Shown: piece after piece, positions 9,312 to 20,800 of the stretch
Numbering within the stretch: the first letter of the stretch is position 1
Layout: the number at the start of each line of letters is the position of its first letter
Source of the DNA: an uncultured Gammaproteobacteria bacterium
GTDB lineage: Bacteria; Patescibacteriota; Patescibacteriia; UBA10025; JAHIVO01
Assembly: GCA_964415025.1 (NCBI GenBank)
Contig: CAYPXF010000005.1
Location: 1,484-65,483, forward strand
DNA: 64,000 bases
Direction: 5' to 3'
Notes under the pieces: generated by a model
Seen by the model: only the letters and a program-made list of their open reading frames with translations
The model's database searches: none
Told to the model about the DNA's origin: nothing
Translations under genes and position numbers: made by a program

Positions 9312-11795
9312 ATGTTTCACCATACTAAACAATCACACTATATCATCGCCGGCATCACGGTAATTATCGGCGTGGCGTGTGTTATTATTCCGCAGGCGGT
9401 ACAGGCAGTGTGGCTTGAGCCTGACAGCACGCCGACTAATGAGCAGTTTGACGCGCCGATCACGGCCGGATCGGAGAACCAGACCAAGAAAGGATATATA
9501 GAGCTGGATCCTGATTATTCACCGACCGATGAAACATCGTTTAGTTTTGGACCGGAGCGGCCACTCCATGTGCATGGAGAGGGCGCGCGGTTTGATGTGC
9601 CGACCACATATAGTGATATCCTGACCGTGGATACGGACACACTATATGCCAACGCAATTTACGACTGGGTCAGTATTGGCACCACGGCTATGCGGGATGA
9701 TTATTTGTTTGCCGTCGAGGGCGGCACTGTCCAGATCGGTACTAACGACGAGTCAGTGGCCGGACGCGGGCTAAGCGCCTACAGCAGTGATAGTGTGGGT
9801 ATTTATGCTGATGCCGGCGGCACAGGGACAGCAGGCGTGTATGGCTTGCGTTTACTCGGCAATGGCTTGGGCGTGCGGGGTACGAGCCAGACCGGTGTGG
9901 GCGTGCGCGGCGAAAGCCCGGACGGGTACGGCATCTATGCCGAGACCGCTTCGGCTACTAATGCGGCAGTGTACGGCGAGAACGCTCTGGGCGGCTGGGC
10001 TGGATATTTTGACGGACGATTAGGCAGTGATGCGGACATAGCCGGCGCGCAGTTTTTGAGCACCAAACTTGGCAGTTCGCTCATACCGCAGACATCGGGC
10101 TACAAGGTCGGTACGTACCAAATATCTGACGGGCCGGTATCAGGCGGTATTGCAGATTTAGTGTTTGACGGTACGTATTTATGGGCTACGAATAAATATG
10201 GCACAATCGATGATGAACATGACCGGAATCTTTTCAAAATGCGAGCGTCTGATGGAGAGTTGGTGCAATCATATTATATCGACGAATGGCCTCACCGCAT
10301 GGCGTATGACGGACGCTATTTATGGCTAGGTTATTATCACGGCAACGCGCTCTTCAAGGTCGACCCCCAAACCGGGGAAAAAATGGCAGATTGTTCAACA
10401 GTGCCTTCGCCACGGGATCCGCTGATGTATTGGGGCACGTCTGAATCGCCCGGATTGGCGACTAGTGTTGAGGATGGGGACGTGTATATTTGGACGGCGA
10501 ATGACCGCGGCGGCGATGTGACGAAATTTGATCAAGGCTGTAATCTAGTGGGAGTATATCCGGCCGGTACTACTGGGGAGGGTAATTATGAAAATCGTCT
10601 CAATAGCGATGGCGAACGGTTAAGCGTAAGCAATGCCATCTATGCTGATGAGTATATATGGGTACTCACACCAAATATCTGCCGGGAGGCAGGCGCGACT
10701 CCATCTACAAATCCCTTTATATCAGCATCGGCCATACGGTATTGCAGCGATGACACGCACTGTCCAGCAGGAGATGGCTATGACGGCTGCATAGATCAGC
10801 CTACCCAGCTGGTTAAAATGGATGCCACAACCGGAGTTGTCCTGGACAGCTACGATATCGGCATGACTCATCCAGCACAGATAGTGTTTGACGGCGTATA
10901 TTTATGGATAGCAAATGCCACAGCCCCGGCCAGCCAAACATATATTGCTAAAGTGCGCGCTTCTGACGGTCAGTGGATGGGGTATATTGATGTGCCGAGC
11001 CCGGTGACTGATTTAGTCTTCGACGGCACGTATATCTGGGCATCTGGTAATGGTAATCCCACAGGATCGATGTATCGAATTCCGGCATCTGAAACCGATT
11101 TTAGTAGTCCTGATATCTCCACCTATACTAATACACTCTTGACCGGTTGGTGGGATGGCGATTTAGTGTTTGATGGTACCTATATCTGGCATTTATCACA
11201 GTGTGCAGAAGATCCAAGTGGTCCAGGTTGTTATTCAAATTGTGACGAGTATCCTCCAGGCAGCGGGAATACTAATTGCCCGTTGTCAGTTACTAAGCAT
11301 TTTAGCGGTGCCGGGCCGGGCACTGTAGATACTGGTAGCAGTGTCGTACTGCGCCAGCGCACAGGGGTATGTATGGATCTGTCTCAACCAACGATAGAAA
11401 GTATTTATACAGAGATAGAGTGTGTTTATGATTCGCACTGCCCCAACTCATGGCCCTGCAGCACTCAATATTCTAGTCAGTCCGGCAATATGAATATCAC
11501 TGGCGGCCTGGTTGCCCAGATCGACCATTGCGAGAGCGATGGCACACACTACTACAGCCGTGCTTGTGACGAGGACGCTGACTGCGATGGCCTGACCAAC
11601 GGGCAATGCGTCGGCGGCGGCGGCCGCGTGGGCACTGACGTAAAGGCAGACAATAATGTCTGGGGCGGCACTGATGACGTACAGGCACTGAACGCCGCCG
11701 GCGACACGGCCGTGTGCGCCGCCGGGCAATTTGCCAAGGGACTTACTATTGACAGTAATGGCAAAATTACCCAAATGATTTGCCGGGAATTATAA
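9312..11795 (+). CDS. Exported fibre-like protein 3 with FDG..W propeller and Cys-rich loops
   Basis: 827-aa ORF; WLEPDSTPTNE..QTKKG N-cap, GVyG repeats, WAGYFDGR, FDGTYIW repeats, ends CREL. Confidence 0.85.
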   Translation: MFHHTKQSHYIIAGITVIIGVACVIIPQAVQAVWLEPDSTPTNEQFDAPITAGSENQTKKGYIELDPDYSPTDETSFSFGPERPLHVHGEGARFDVPTTYSDILTVDTDTLYANAIYDWVSIGTTAMRDDYLFAVEGGTVQIGTNDESVAGRGLSAYSSDSVGIYADAGGTGTAGVYGLRLLGNGLGVRGTSQTGVGVRGESPDGYGIYAETASATNAAVYGENALGGWAGYFDGRLGSDADIAGAQFLSTKLGSSLIPQTSGYKVGTYQISDGPVSGGIADLVFDGTYLWATNKYGTIDDEHDRNLFKMRASDGELVQSYYIDEWPHRMAYDGRYLWLGYYHGNALFKVDPQTGEKMADCSTVPSPRDPLMYWGTSESPGLATSVEDGDVYIWTANDRGGDVTKFDQGCNLVGVYPAGTTGEGNYENRLNSDGERLSVSNAIYADEYIWVLTPNICREAGATPSTNPFISASAIRYCSDDTHCPAGDGYDGCIDQPTQLVKMDATTGVVLDSYDIGMTHPAQIVFDGVYLWIANATAPASQTYIAKVRASDGQWMGYIDVPSPVTDLVFDGTYIWASGNGNPTGSMYRIPASETDFSSPDISTYTNTLLTGWWDGDLVFDGTYIWHLSQCAEDPSGPGCYSNCDEYPPGSGNTNCPLSVTKHFSGAGPGTVDTGSSVVLRQRTGVCMDLSQPTIESIYTEIECVYDSHCPNSWPCSTQYSSQSGNMNITGGLVAQIDHCESDGTHYYSRACDEDADCDGLTNGQCVGGGGRVGTDVKADNNVWGGTDDVQALNAAGDTAVCAAGQFAKGLTIDSNGKITQMICREL

Positions 11796-11800
11796 TTTCC

Positions 11801-14800
11801 ATGGACCAATCAATACGACACAATAATACTTTTTCTAAAATTGTTTTCGCATTATTAAGCATTGCCAGCCTAATAGTGGTTATCGGCCTGCTCTATATTG
11901 TCATGGCCGGTCAGACGCAGGACGCGACTGAAACAGATCCGGAAACAGTACTGGATCCTGCCCTGGCCCAGGAGGTGCGCAATTATGAAATCGTGGACAA
12001 TGGCGACGGTACGCATTCAGCATTGTACGGTGTGGGGCCGATCCAGTATTTGACAAACAATCCGGGCGAGTACGCGGCTATTGATTCGACTATTGTCGAG
12101 TCAGCGCGCGAGGGCGTGGCCTATGAAAATACTACTAATGTTATCAACACCTTTTTCGGCAGTGATGTCACTGATCCGAACTTTATTTCCTACCAAATAC
12201 CGGGTGAGCGCGGCGTCGGTTTTACGTTTCCTGATGCCCAGCAGTCTGCCTGGGCCGTAGCAGAAAATGTAGCCACCTATCCGGAGCTGTATCCGGGCAT
12301 GGACGCGCGGTATACTATCCAAAACGATGTCATGCTGGAGGAATTGATAGTAGACAATAAGGAAGACGCCAGTAATTTTCACCGGCTTGACCAACAGGTC
12401 ACTCTGCATGACGTGTATTTCCGCGAGCAGGATGACGGCTCAATCACGTTCCATGATGCTGATACCAGGCACGCCGTGTTCGTCATACCCCGGCCGGTGC
12501 TGTATGAAGACGGCGATACATTGCGCCAGAACGCGAACTACGGACTGCATTTTGAGATATCGCGAACAGACACTGACACGTATTTAATTTCGAAAGTTAT
12601 TGACGACGGAGGGAAAGAGTGGCTCGAAAAAGCTGACTACCCTATAATTATAGATAATACGTATATTGGTGGATTTAATGCGGCTGTTGGCTCGACTAAG
12701 CGGTATAAGAGAATCGGCGGCGCGAGCTGGTCCTGGAGTATCATGATGGATTCTGGTATATATGGGTACCCTTTTATTACTACAGGAAAATACACAAACG
12801 GCTGTTCATTAGGAAACAGTAGTTGTATACAACATGAATATCATGGACATTATACTTTTCATACGTATGACGTAGGTGCGCCCTATACCCAGGATCAGGT
12901 CGTGGGGGCTCGGTTCCAGGTGTCTATGGTAAGGAGTGATGACGATGGCGAGTATCTCGCTCCGGTGAATGTATATTCTGGGGCAAACGCATGGGATCCA
13001 AATAAATCATTTAGTGAATCTTTTACTGCGGCGGAAATTGAAGACCGCTGGAATGCACTCACCAGCATGCATCAGGAAGTAGATATAGATACTGCCGGAC
13101 TGCCAACCTATACTAATCGCGGGATGTGCTATCCTGGCAGTTCTCCGGAGCAGTGTCGGCGGGTAGTGGACATAGACCTAAATTCTATTGGTATGACCAG
13201 CAGTCAGGATCATACTCAGATAATGTTGGATGCACCATCAGCCTCGTACCTTAATTGTGGGGGGTCAAGCTGTAATGATTTTCATGGAGTTATTAGCTGG
13301 CGGCCAGTATCATCTACTGATATGCCGTATCCTAAGCTGGAGGTGATTTACTATCCTGATCCGACGATCCGTGTGGACCCCATGGCTATTCCTGAGGGTG
13401 AGAAGAAAATGGAAATTCAGATAGATGATGATTTTACGGATGATAGTAGCTACAAATTGGAGCGCTCATTTGACGGGTCAGGCGGACCGTGGACCGAGGT
13501 GTGCAGTAATATTGCTACCGGCGCGAGCGGGACGTGCCAGTCAGGCATCACCTATGACTGTACCGGCATTACCGAGGCAGGCACGTCCGGATACTGTACC
13601 GTGACGGACGATATCAGCGTGTCAGGCGGCGGACCGCGGTATTCTGACAAGCATACCTGGTACCGAGCACGAGTGGTGGGAACATCAGGCTATGTATCTG
13701 ACTATAGCCCGGTGGCGCATGATTATACGTTTGCTTATCCCTATCCAGAGGCTCCGCCAAATTCTGACAGCAGCGAAAGCTGGGATAAAATTAAAATTTG
13801 GGCACCTGGGAGCGGTAATGAATACTCAAACCAGGGTTCATTCTTAACTATTGACCCAGAGCCGACAAAGTATTGCATGGCGACATATACTCCCTCTATG
13901 CTTGGGTGGTACAATCCTCCAACAAACGATTGGCGGTATCATCATCATTCATCAGCAGCGTATTCTGATGTTTGGAACGAATATTCAGAAGGCACATATG
14001 ATGGACGTGATTATATTAATAACAATGACGGCGATAATCTTGCCTGCAAAACAATGGCTCAGTGGATATACTTTGGCGGGTATCCTTATTATAGCATTGG
14101 CGAAGTAGAGGATAGTTATCGTTTACGGCCAAATACATATTATGCTTTTTCCTTTTTATCGCAAAATACCCGTGATGGCACTGTAAATTCCCCTATTGTT
14201 ATGCCGGAGTATGCGCAAACCAGGGCGCGGGTACCGTCTAAACCAATCCAGAATAATGGCATAACAACGCAAAACGCACTGGGATTGGCGCTCGACAGCA
14301 CGCCACAGTATGCCCCGACAGAGTACGTGAATGACCCTAATGGCAATACGACATATGCTATGTATGTCGAGGAACTTAACAGGTATTTTAACTCTGATAC
14401 TGGTACACTGTCATCGTCTGCCGTATGGCGGCGTGAATCTGACTGGGGCGGAGCAGGCGGTATTGCGTACGGTGGTTTTGCTCCGGGGACTTGCTACAGT
14501 ATCAAAGCAAAATCACGCAATGGTGCAAGTATAGAGGGGGAAACACCAGCCCGGATTTGGTCAGATACTGGCCAATACTGTACCAAAATGGCCGTACCTT
14601 CGTTATCCGTGGCTTGCCAATACACTGACGCGGATGACGACTATAATTGCGATATCACCCTGGATGCCAACGGTAATCCAGCCGGCACAGAATACAAGTT
14701 CGAATACTGTTTGCCGGAGAGCGGGAGTAATTGTTCTGCCGGATCTGGTGACTGGCAGGAAATACTCATAGGAGGCAAGGAGTGGAATTCGTATAACCAC

Positions 14801-17800
14801 GGCGATAGTATTAATGTATCTGAAAATACACCTGGATATTCATTTCTGAATTGTGAAGATGCCAACATGAAACAAATGTTCCGTGGCTATGCCAGACGGA
14901 ATAGTTCGTCACCAAGCACTGACCCATCTCCTGCTGCGGAAGACACATTGCCGCCATGCCAGCCGTGGAGTTTAGGCCATGCTAATAATCCTCAATATAG
15001 CAAAATCCAATGGCAATGGTGGGCACCGATTGCCGCTGATTATACTGGTAATCCTGTACATCACTATAATGTGTATGAACCTACATATCTAGCACGCCAT
15101 TGTGACGCGGGTAATGCGAGCGATCTGTACTGTGATAATCCGTTTGATGTGCAAATAGATGATTCGTGCTCCGGGCCGTTTTGCTTATTCTCGTATACCC
15201 AGGAGCAATACCAGCGTATACCAAAGTTTGACAATAACACCCAGTACAGTACGAAGGTGCGCGCGGCAGACAGCCGGGGGCGCTCAGGCAGGCCTTCGGC
15301 AGAAGCATGGGCCTACACTGCTATTGAAACACCGACCGGTATTACCTTTGATGACGTACAGACTGATACGATCGCGCTTAATGGCGACGGGACGTTCAGT
15401 AATTTTTCGATCGGATCGACTGGACTGCAGTTTCAGGAAACCACGTCTCATAACGGCGGCGGTGCTGACAGCGGCGAACTTGGTTTTACGCCGTCCGGGT
15501 GGCTGTCTAACGGCCAAAGCACAACTGACAAAGGACTGGACCAAAATACGAAATACTGCTACCAGGTGCGGGCCCGCAATGCCGAGGGGCACCTGTCGGG
15601 GCCGGGAGATATTACCGGTTTTGTGCCGGCTAGTGCGGAATGCCGGTATACGCTGGCAGGGACGCCGAACATGCCTATCCTGGAGCGTATTGACGGCGAA
15701 ACAATTAATATTACGGTACGTGATACTGATGATAATCCGCACGGCTCGCCAACTGATAATGGCGGAGAGACTCAATATGCCCTGTGTATCACAAAATTCG
15801 ATGATGATAATGTGGTAGAATTCGAAAAATACGTCCGGCCGGACGGGACGATAGATTACGCCGGCGTTGACTGCGCATCTGGAAACGGTACTGGCTATTG
15901 GCAGTCATACGACGGCTGGGGCAATACGGCCGGAGTGACTATCGGTAGTCTAGAAGCGTCCGCCCGGTATGATTTTAAATTCAAGGCGCGCAACGGCGAC
16001 CATATAGAAAACGGCGCTGACAGTTCTGGCTGTACTGCTAATGAGACCTGCATTGAAACAACGTTTGGCCCGGAAGCGACACTGTTCCTGGTGAAGAATA
16101 ACGTAGTCGGCTGGGCCTGGTCGTCTAATAGCGGCTGGATATCGCTGAACTGCCTGAACCAATTTTACGCGGGCGACCAGTACAGCTGTGACAGCGCTGA
16201 TGACTGGGGGCTGAATACTGATTTTGTCGAGGGACGGGACGTGAATCCGATCGAGGGCTATGCCTGGTCTGCGTCCGGACGCGCCATAGACAAAGTATGG
16301 ACAGGCAGCAATATATTAGTAGACTATGCCCTACCGAGCCGCGTACAGCACAGTGCGCGTGCCGGCTCTTTTATCTGGGCTACGGCCGGTGATGCCTTGT
16401 TGCGCATTGACGCGGCCAGTGGCGTGGAATACACGTGCGTCGGCAGTGCCGAGCTGTCTAATGACTGGGAACGCTGTACTTTTGGTGATGATTTGCGCGA
16501 TATAGTCTATGATGGCACCTACCTGTGGGTCAGCTCGTATAATGACAGCATTATCTACCAGGTCAATCCGGTCGACGGCACTGTTGCCGCGGTCGACAGC
16601 GGTTCGATACAGCTCCAGGGGCTGACTACTACACCGCAGGGCATAACATATGACGGTACCTACCTGTGGGTGACTGATCCGACCAATGACCGCGTGCTAC
16701 AGGTCGATCCAGCGGCCGGCAGTGAGGTAGATCAAATTGATGTCGGGGACCAGCCTCAGTATCCGTATTATGACGGTAAATACATATGGGTGGCCAACGC
16801 CGGTGAGACACACAGCGGCCAGGTTTCGCGGATTAGTGTTGCGGATAACACGGTGACATCGATCGATCTTAGCAATGATAACGCGTATGATATTAGTTCA
16901 GATAACGAACATATTTGGATCAGTCATGCGAATACGGAGGTGATAACTATTATTTCTCCGGATGGTTCTGATCAAGCTACTATTAATACCGATGGAGCCG
17001 ATTCCCGTGGTATAGCCTATGCTGATGGCTATATATGGGCGGCTGATCAGGACGCAGATACGATATACCAGATCGATATAGTAAGCAGGGATGTGGTCGC
17101 CGAGCATGAGGTCGGCGGGAATTATGATCCACTGCATATGAGTATTGATGACGCATATATCTGGGCCAGTACGGACGACGGTGAGGTCGGCGGACAGTAT
17201 ATAGCGCTGCAGCGGCTCGAAACCGGTGTATCACCGGATAAGGTCGGCCTGGGCTGGCTGACATACTCGCGCGGCGTCTGCTCTGATAACGCGCAAAAAC
17301 CATGCGACCCTGACCGTAATACCTGCGGCGGTACAGCTACCTGTGAGCCAGCAGCCGGACTGCCGCCAGACAGTACGGCCTATGGCTACTGCTATACAGA
17401 CGGCACGCCAGATGAACGGTACGGATTATGCTCTGTCAATACGGGTGCTGTCTGTACCGACAGCATTGCCTGCCCTGATCCAGAGGAGACGTGTATTTAT
17501 CACACATGCCAGACCGGTGATACCTGTCCGGATTATGGTAGCGGAACAGAGGTATGTGTGGCTATGGCAACCACGAATTTTGACGGGTTAACACGCGAAG
17601 TACGGGGCTATGGCCGCTCGCTGACCATGGCGCAGCGCGGCGCGGCGCTCGGCTTCGATGACTGGGGCTGGATCAGTATGGACGGCACGTATACAGACGA
17701 AGCCGATGCAGTGGCGCGCTACGGCGTTACCGCCACTGACGTGGATTCACAGCTGTTTCTGGGCGATCCTGACGTCAATCCAGACGACGTCATCCTGTAC

Positions 17801-20800
17801 AGCCTATTTGGCTGGGGCTGGAATGCGGAGGTGTCTGATTTTGGGCCGGTATCAACCTGGTTAAATCCGCTTAATGTCAGCAATACGAAAAAAGTAAACC
17901 ATAGTGCCGGTTGGCCGGTTACTGAATCCAGTATTGCCATCGACAGTACTGGTAATCCTCATATTGCCTGGTCACAGTTCAATGAAAATTCTGGATTTAA
18001 TGATATATACCATGTGCGACTGATCGGCGGGCAATGGCAAATGATGGATGGCTCCGTATACCAGCCTGGCGTTAGTGAACCGATTGTGAGTACAGTCACT
18101 AATTCTGGGATGCCGTCTTTAGCGGTCGACAGCAGTAATATTCCGCATCTGGTATGGCAAGAGCAGGAAGGGACCGAGGCTGATATCAGCGGTGGAGAAT
18201 TACAATACTCTACGTGGAACAGCGAAACAAACACCTGGACTGCTATGCAGCAGATAGAAACATCCGGACCCAGCTGTGGCGGCGCTTCACTTGTCATAGA
18301 TGAAGCAAACCGTCCGCATGTAGCATACCGTGTCCATTCGTATGATGATTCTGAAATTTATTATCGTTATTTTAATGGCAGTGACTGGGTAACAGCGAGC
18401 GGTGATACTGGCACAACAGACATAAATGTTAGTAACACGGGATCGCCACATTCGTACCAGCCGCGCTTGGTTTTAAGTGATGAAACAACACAGCGGCCAC
18501 ATATAGTATGGAGAGAACAGGTCGGCGCCGAATATCACATTTATTACCGGCATTGGGACGGCAATGACTGGGTAACAGCGAGCGGTAATACTGGTGATAC
18601 TGACGTATCGGTTAATGGAGACCTTGGCACGGTGTTAGGCATATCGATTGAGGGCGCAAATCCAGACATAGTCCTGTATGCTGATAACCGTCCTGGTATT
18701 ATATGGCGGGATCCGGGCATGGTGCTGTACCGCCAGTGGAATGGCAGTGCCTGGGTAGACGCTAATCCTGACGACGGGGATACTGATGATGATATATGGA
18801 TAAATATTCATGAGGGCAGTGATGTGGAGCACTTGGCGCATTCAGGTAAAACACCGCGGGTTGCTATAGATAGTGATGATCAGCCGCATGTGGTATGGGG
18901 CGATTATCCGTCAGGCGGCGACAGTAGCGGTGATATCAGATACCGCTGGTGGAATGCAAGCGCCGAGGCGGGCAATGGCGCTTGGGTTACCTCGTCCGGA
19001 GATTATACTGTCAGCGGGTCTCATTTTGATGATGATTCGCTGACTATCCATGAATCGCCAAATATAGGCTCGACACTGCCGGATTTTACCATGGATGCTT
19101 TAGGCAACCCTCATGTAATATGGCAAGATGTCCGGTATAAGCTGAATGATGACGCAGCAGAATGTGCGGCAAATGGTGATATTAATTGTATCTGTTCGAG
19201 CCATGCTGATTGCGGCGATCCTGATTATCCGTTTTGCATGACACGAAGTCCGGATAAATACTGCGGTGCTGCTGATGTTAAATACGCTGGCTGGCTGCCC
19301 GGTCGAGTACGCTCGGGTATTGGCTGGGTAGAGTTTATGCCGGTCGGCGCGCTAATCGGCGTGCCCTGGGTACAGACCCTGTACAGCGATATCTATGCCC
19401 AGGAAAATATCGGCCTGGCACCGCCGCCGCGCGGCACGGGTACGTACACGGCCACGTATTTGATCCTGGCCAACGGTGATATCCAGGGTATTCCCAGCTA
19501 TTATACCAGCTCGCAGACTGGCGAGCCGACCAGCGGGTATTATGAACCGGGTCTGGAATCCTTGATCGAGGACGCAGGGTATCCGGTCGGCCGCGACGCG
19601 CTGTCCCAGATCGATGTTGATAATTTGATTGCCGCAAACGATGAGAATAATGCGTACGGCAATCTGGTGCATAATTATGATAATTCCGGCTCGAGCAGTG
19701 TTAATATCAGCCCAGACTTGACTAGCGGACCGCTAAACGGGGAGGTATTCTATTTCCATGATGCAGACAATGGCCTGTATCAAGTCAACGATATTATCCG
19801 CTTTAACAAAGGCGAAAGCCAGATTAACCAGACAGCCGGACACGGTTTAGTAATAATAGACGGCGATCTGGAGATTAATAGCCCAATATATTATGAAAAG
19901 CGGTGTAACGGACTTGCCGGCGAGACAATATGCACGACTAATAACGAGTGTGACAGCGGCGAAGTATGCCGTGCTGTCGAGCTGGATGATGTCAGTGAAA
20001 TGCCGTCAGTAGCCTTTATCGTCCGCGGTAATATTTATGTAAATTCCCAGGTCAATGAACTGGCCGGCGTGTATGTGGCTCTGGATCCTGATACGACTGA
20101 TGAGGTGGATAAAGGTATTATCTACACGAGTCGCAAAGCGCCAATAACACAAACAATCATTGCGAGCGAAGACGATACATCAGTAGACAGTGCGTATACG
20201 AATAGCTCAAGTGCGGACACAGTTTCGTTTGGTCAAAACAGTAGCATTGCCCAGCGCGGGTTCCTGCGCTGGCAGCTCAATGTTCCTGCTGGCGCAGAGA
20301 TACGCAACGCCTACCTGCGCCTGTACGGCGACGGTAATGGTAATGCTACGGATTTCCGGGCCCGTATCTATTTATTAGATACTGCCAACGCTGAACAAGT
20401 ATCGAATGACTTTACCGCTAATCCTAACCAAAGTTTGTTTGACGCTGATACATCGAACAGCGTCAGCTATGATATCAATGAAGATACCTGGGATACTGGC
20501 GGCTGGAATACCAGTCCGGATATTTCCGCGCTGGTGCAGAAATTCGTGAATGAGCCGACGTATGAATCAGGTAATTATATCGGTATAGAATTACGTGAAG
20601 AGGCCGGCGTCGACGGCTGGCGCGGTTTTGAGGCGTATGATGCGGTTGCTGCAAACTATGCTGAATTAGTGGTCGAATATTCGCCGCGGCGGACAGTGTA
20701 CTCTTTAGCAGATATAGACGGTGATGACGCACCGGATGAGCAGAGCGATTACGCGGCCTGGGGCACTGGTTCGGGCACATGTGATCAAAATGATGATGAT

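Noticed and set aside
2587-11795. Prophage tail-fibre region
   Set aside because: The proteins have export signals, and no capsid, terminase or integrase genes are present.
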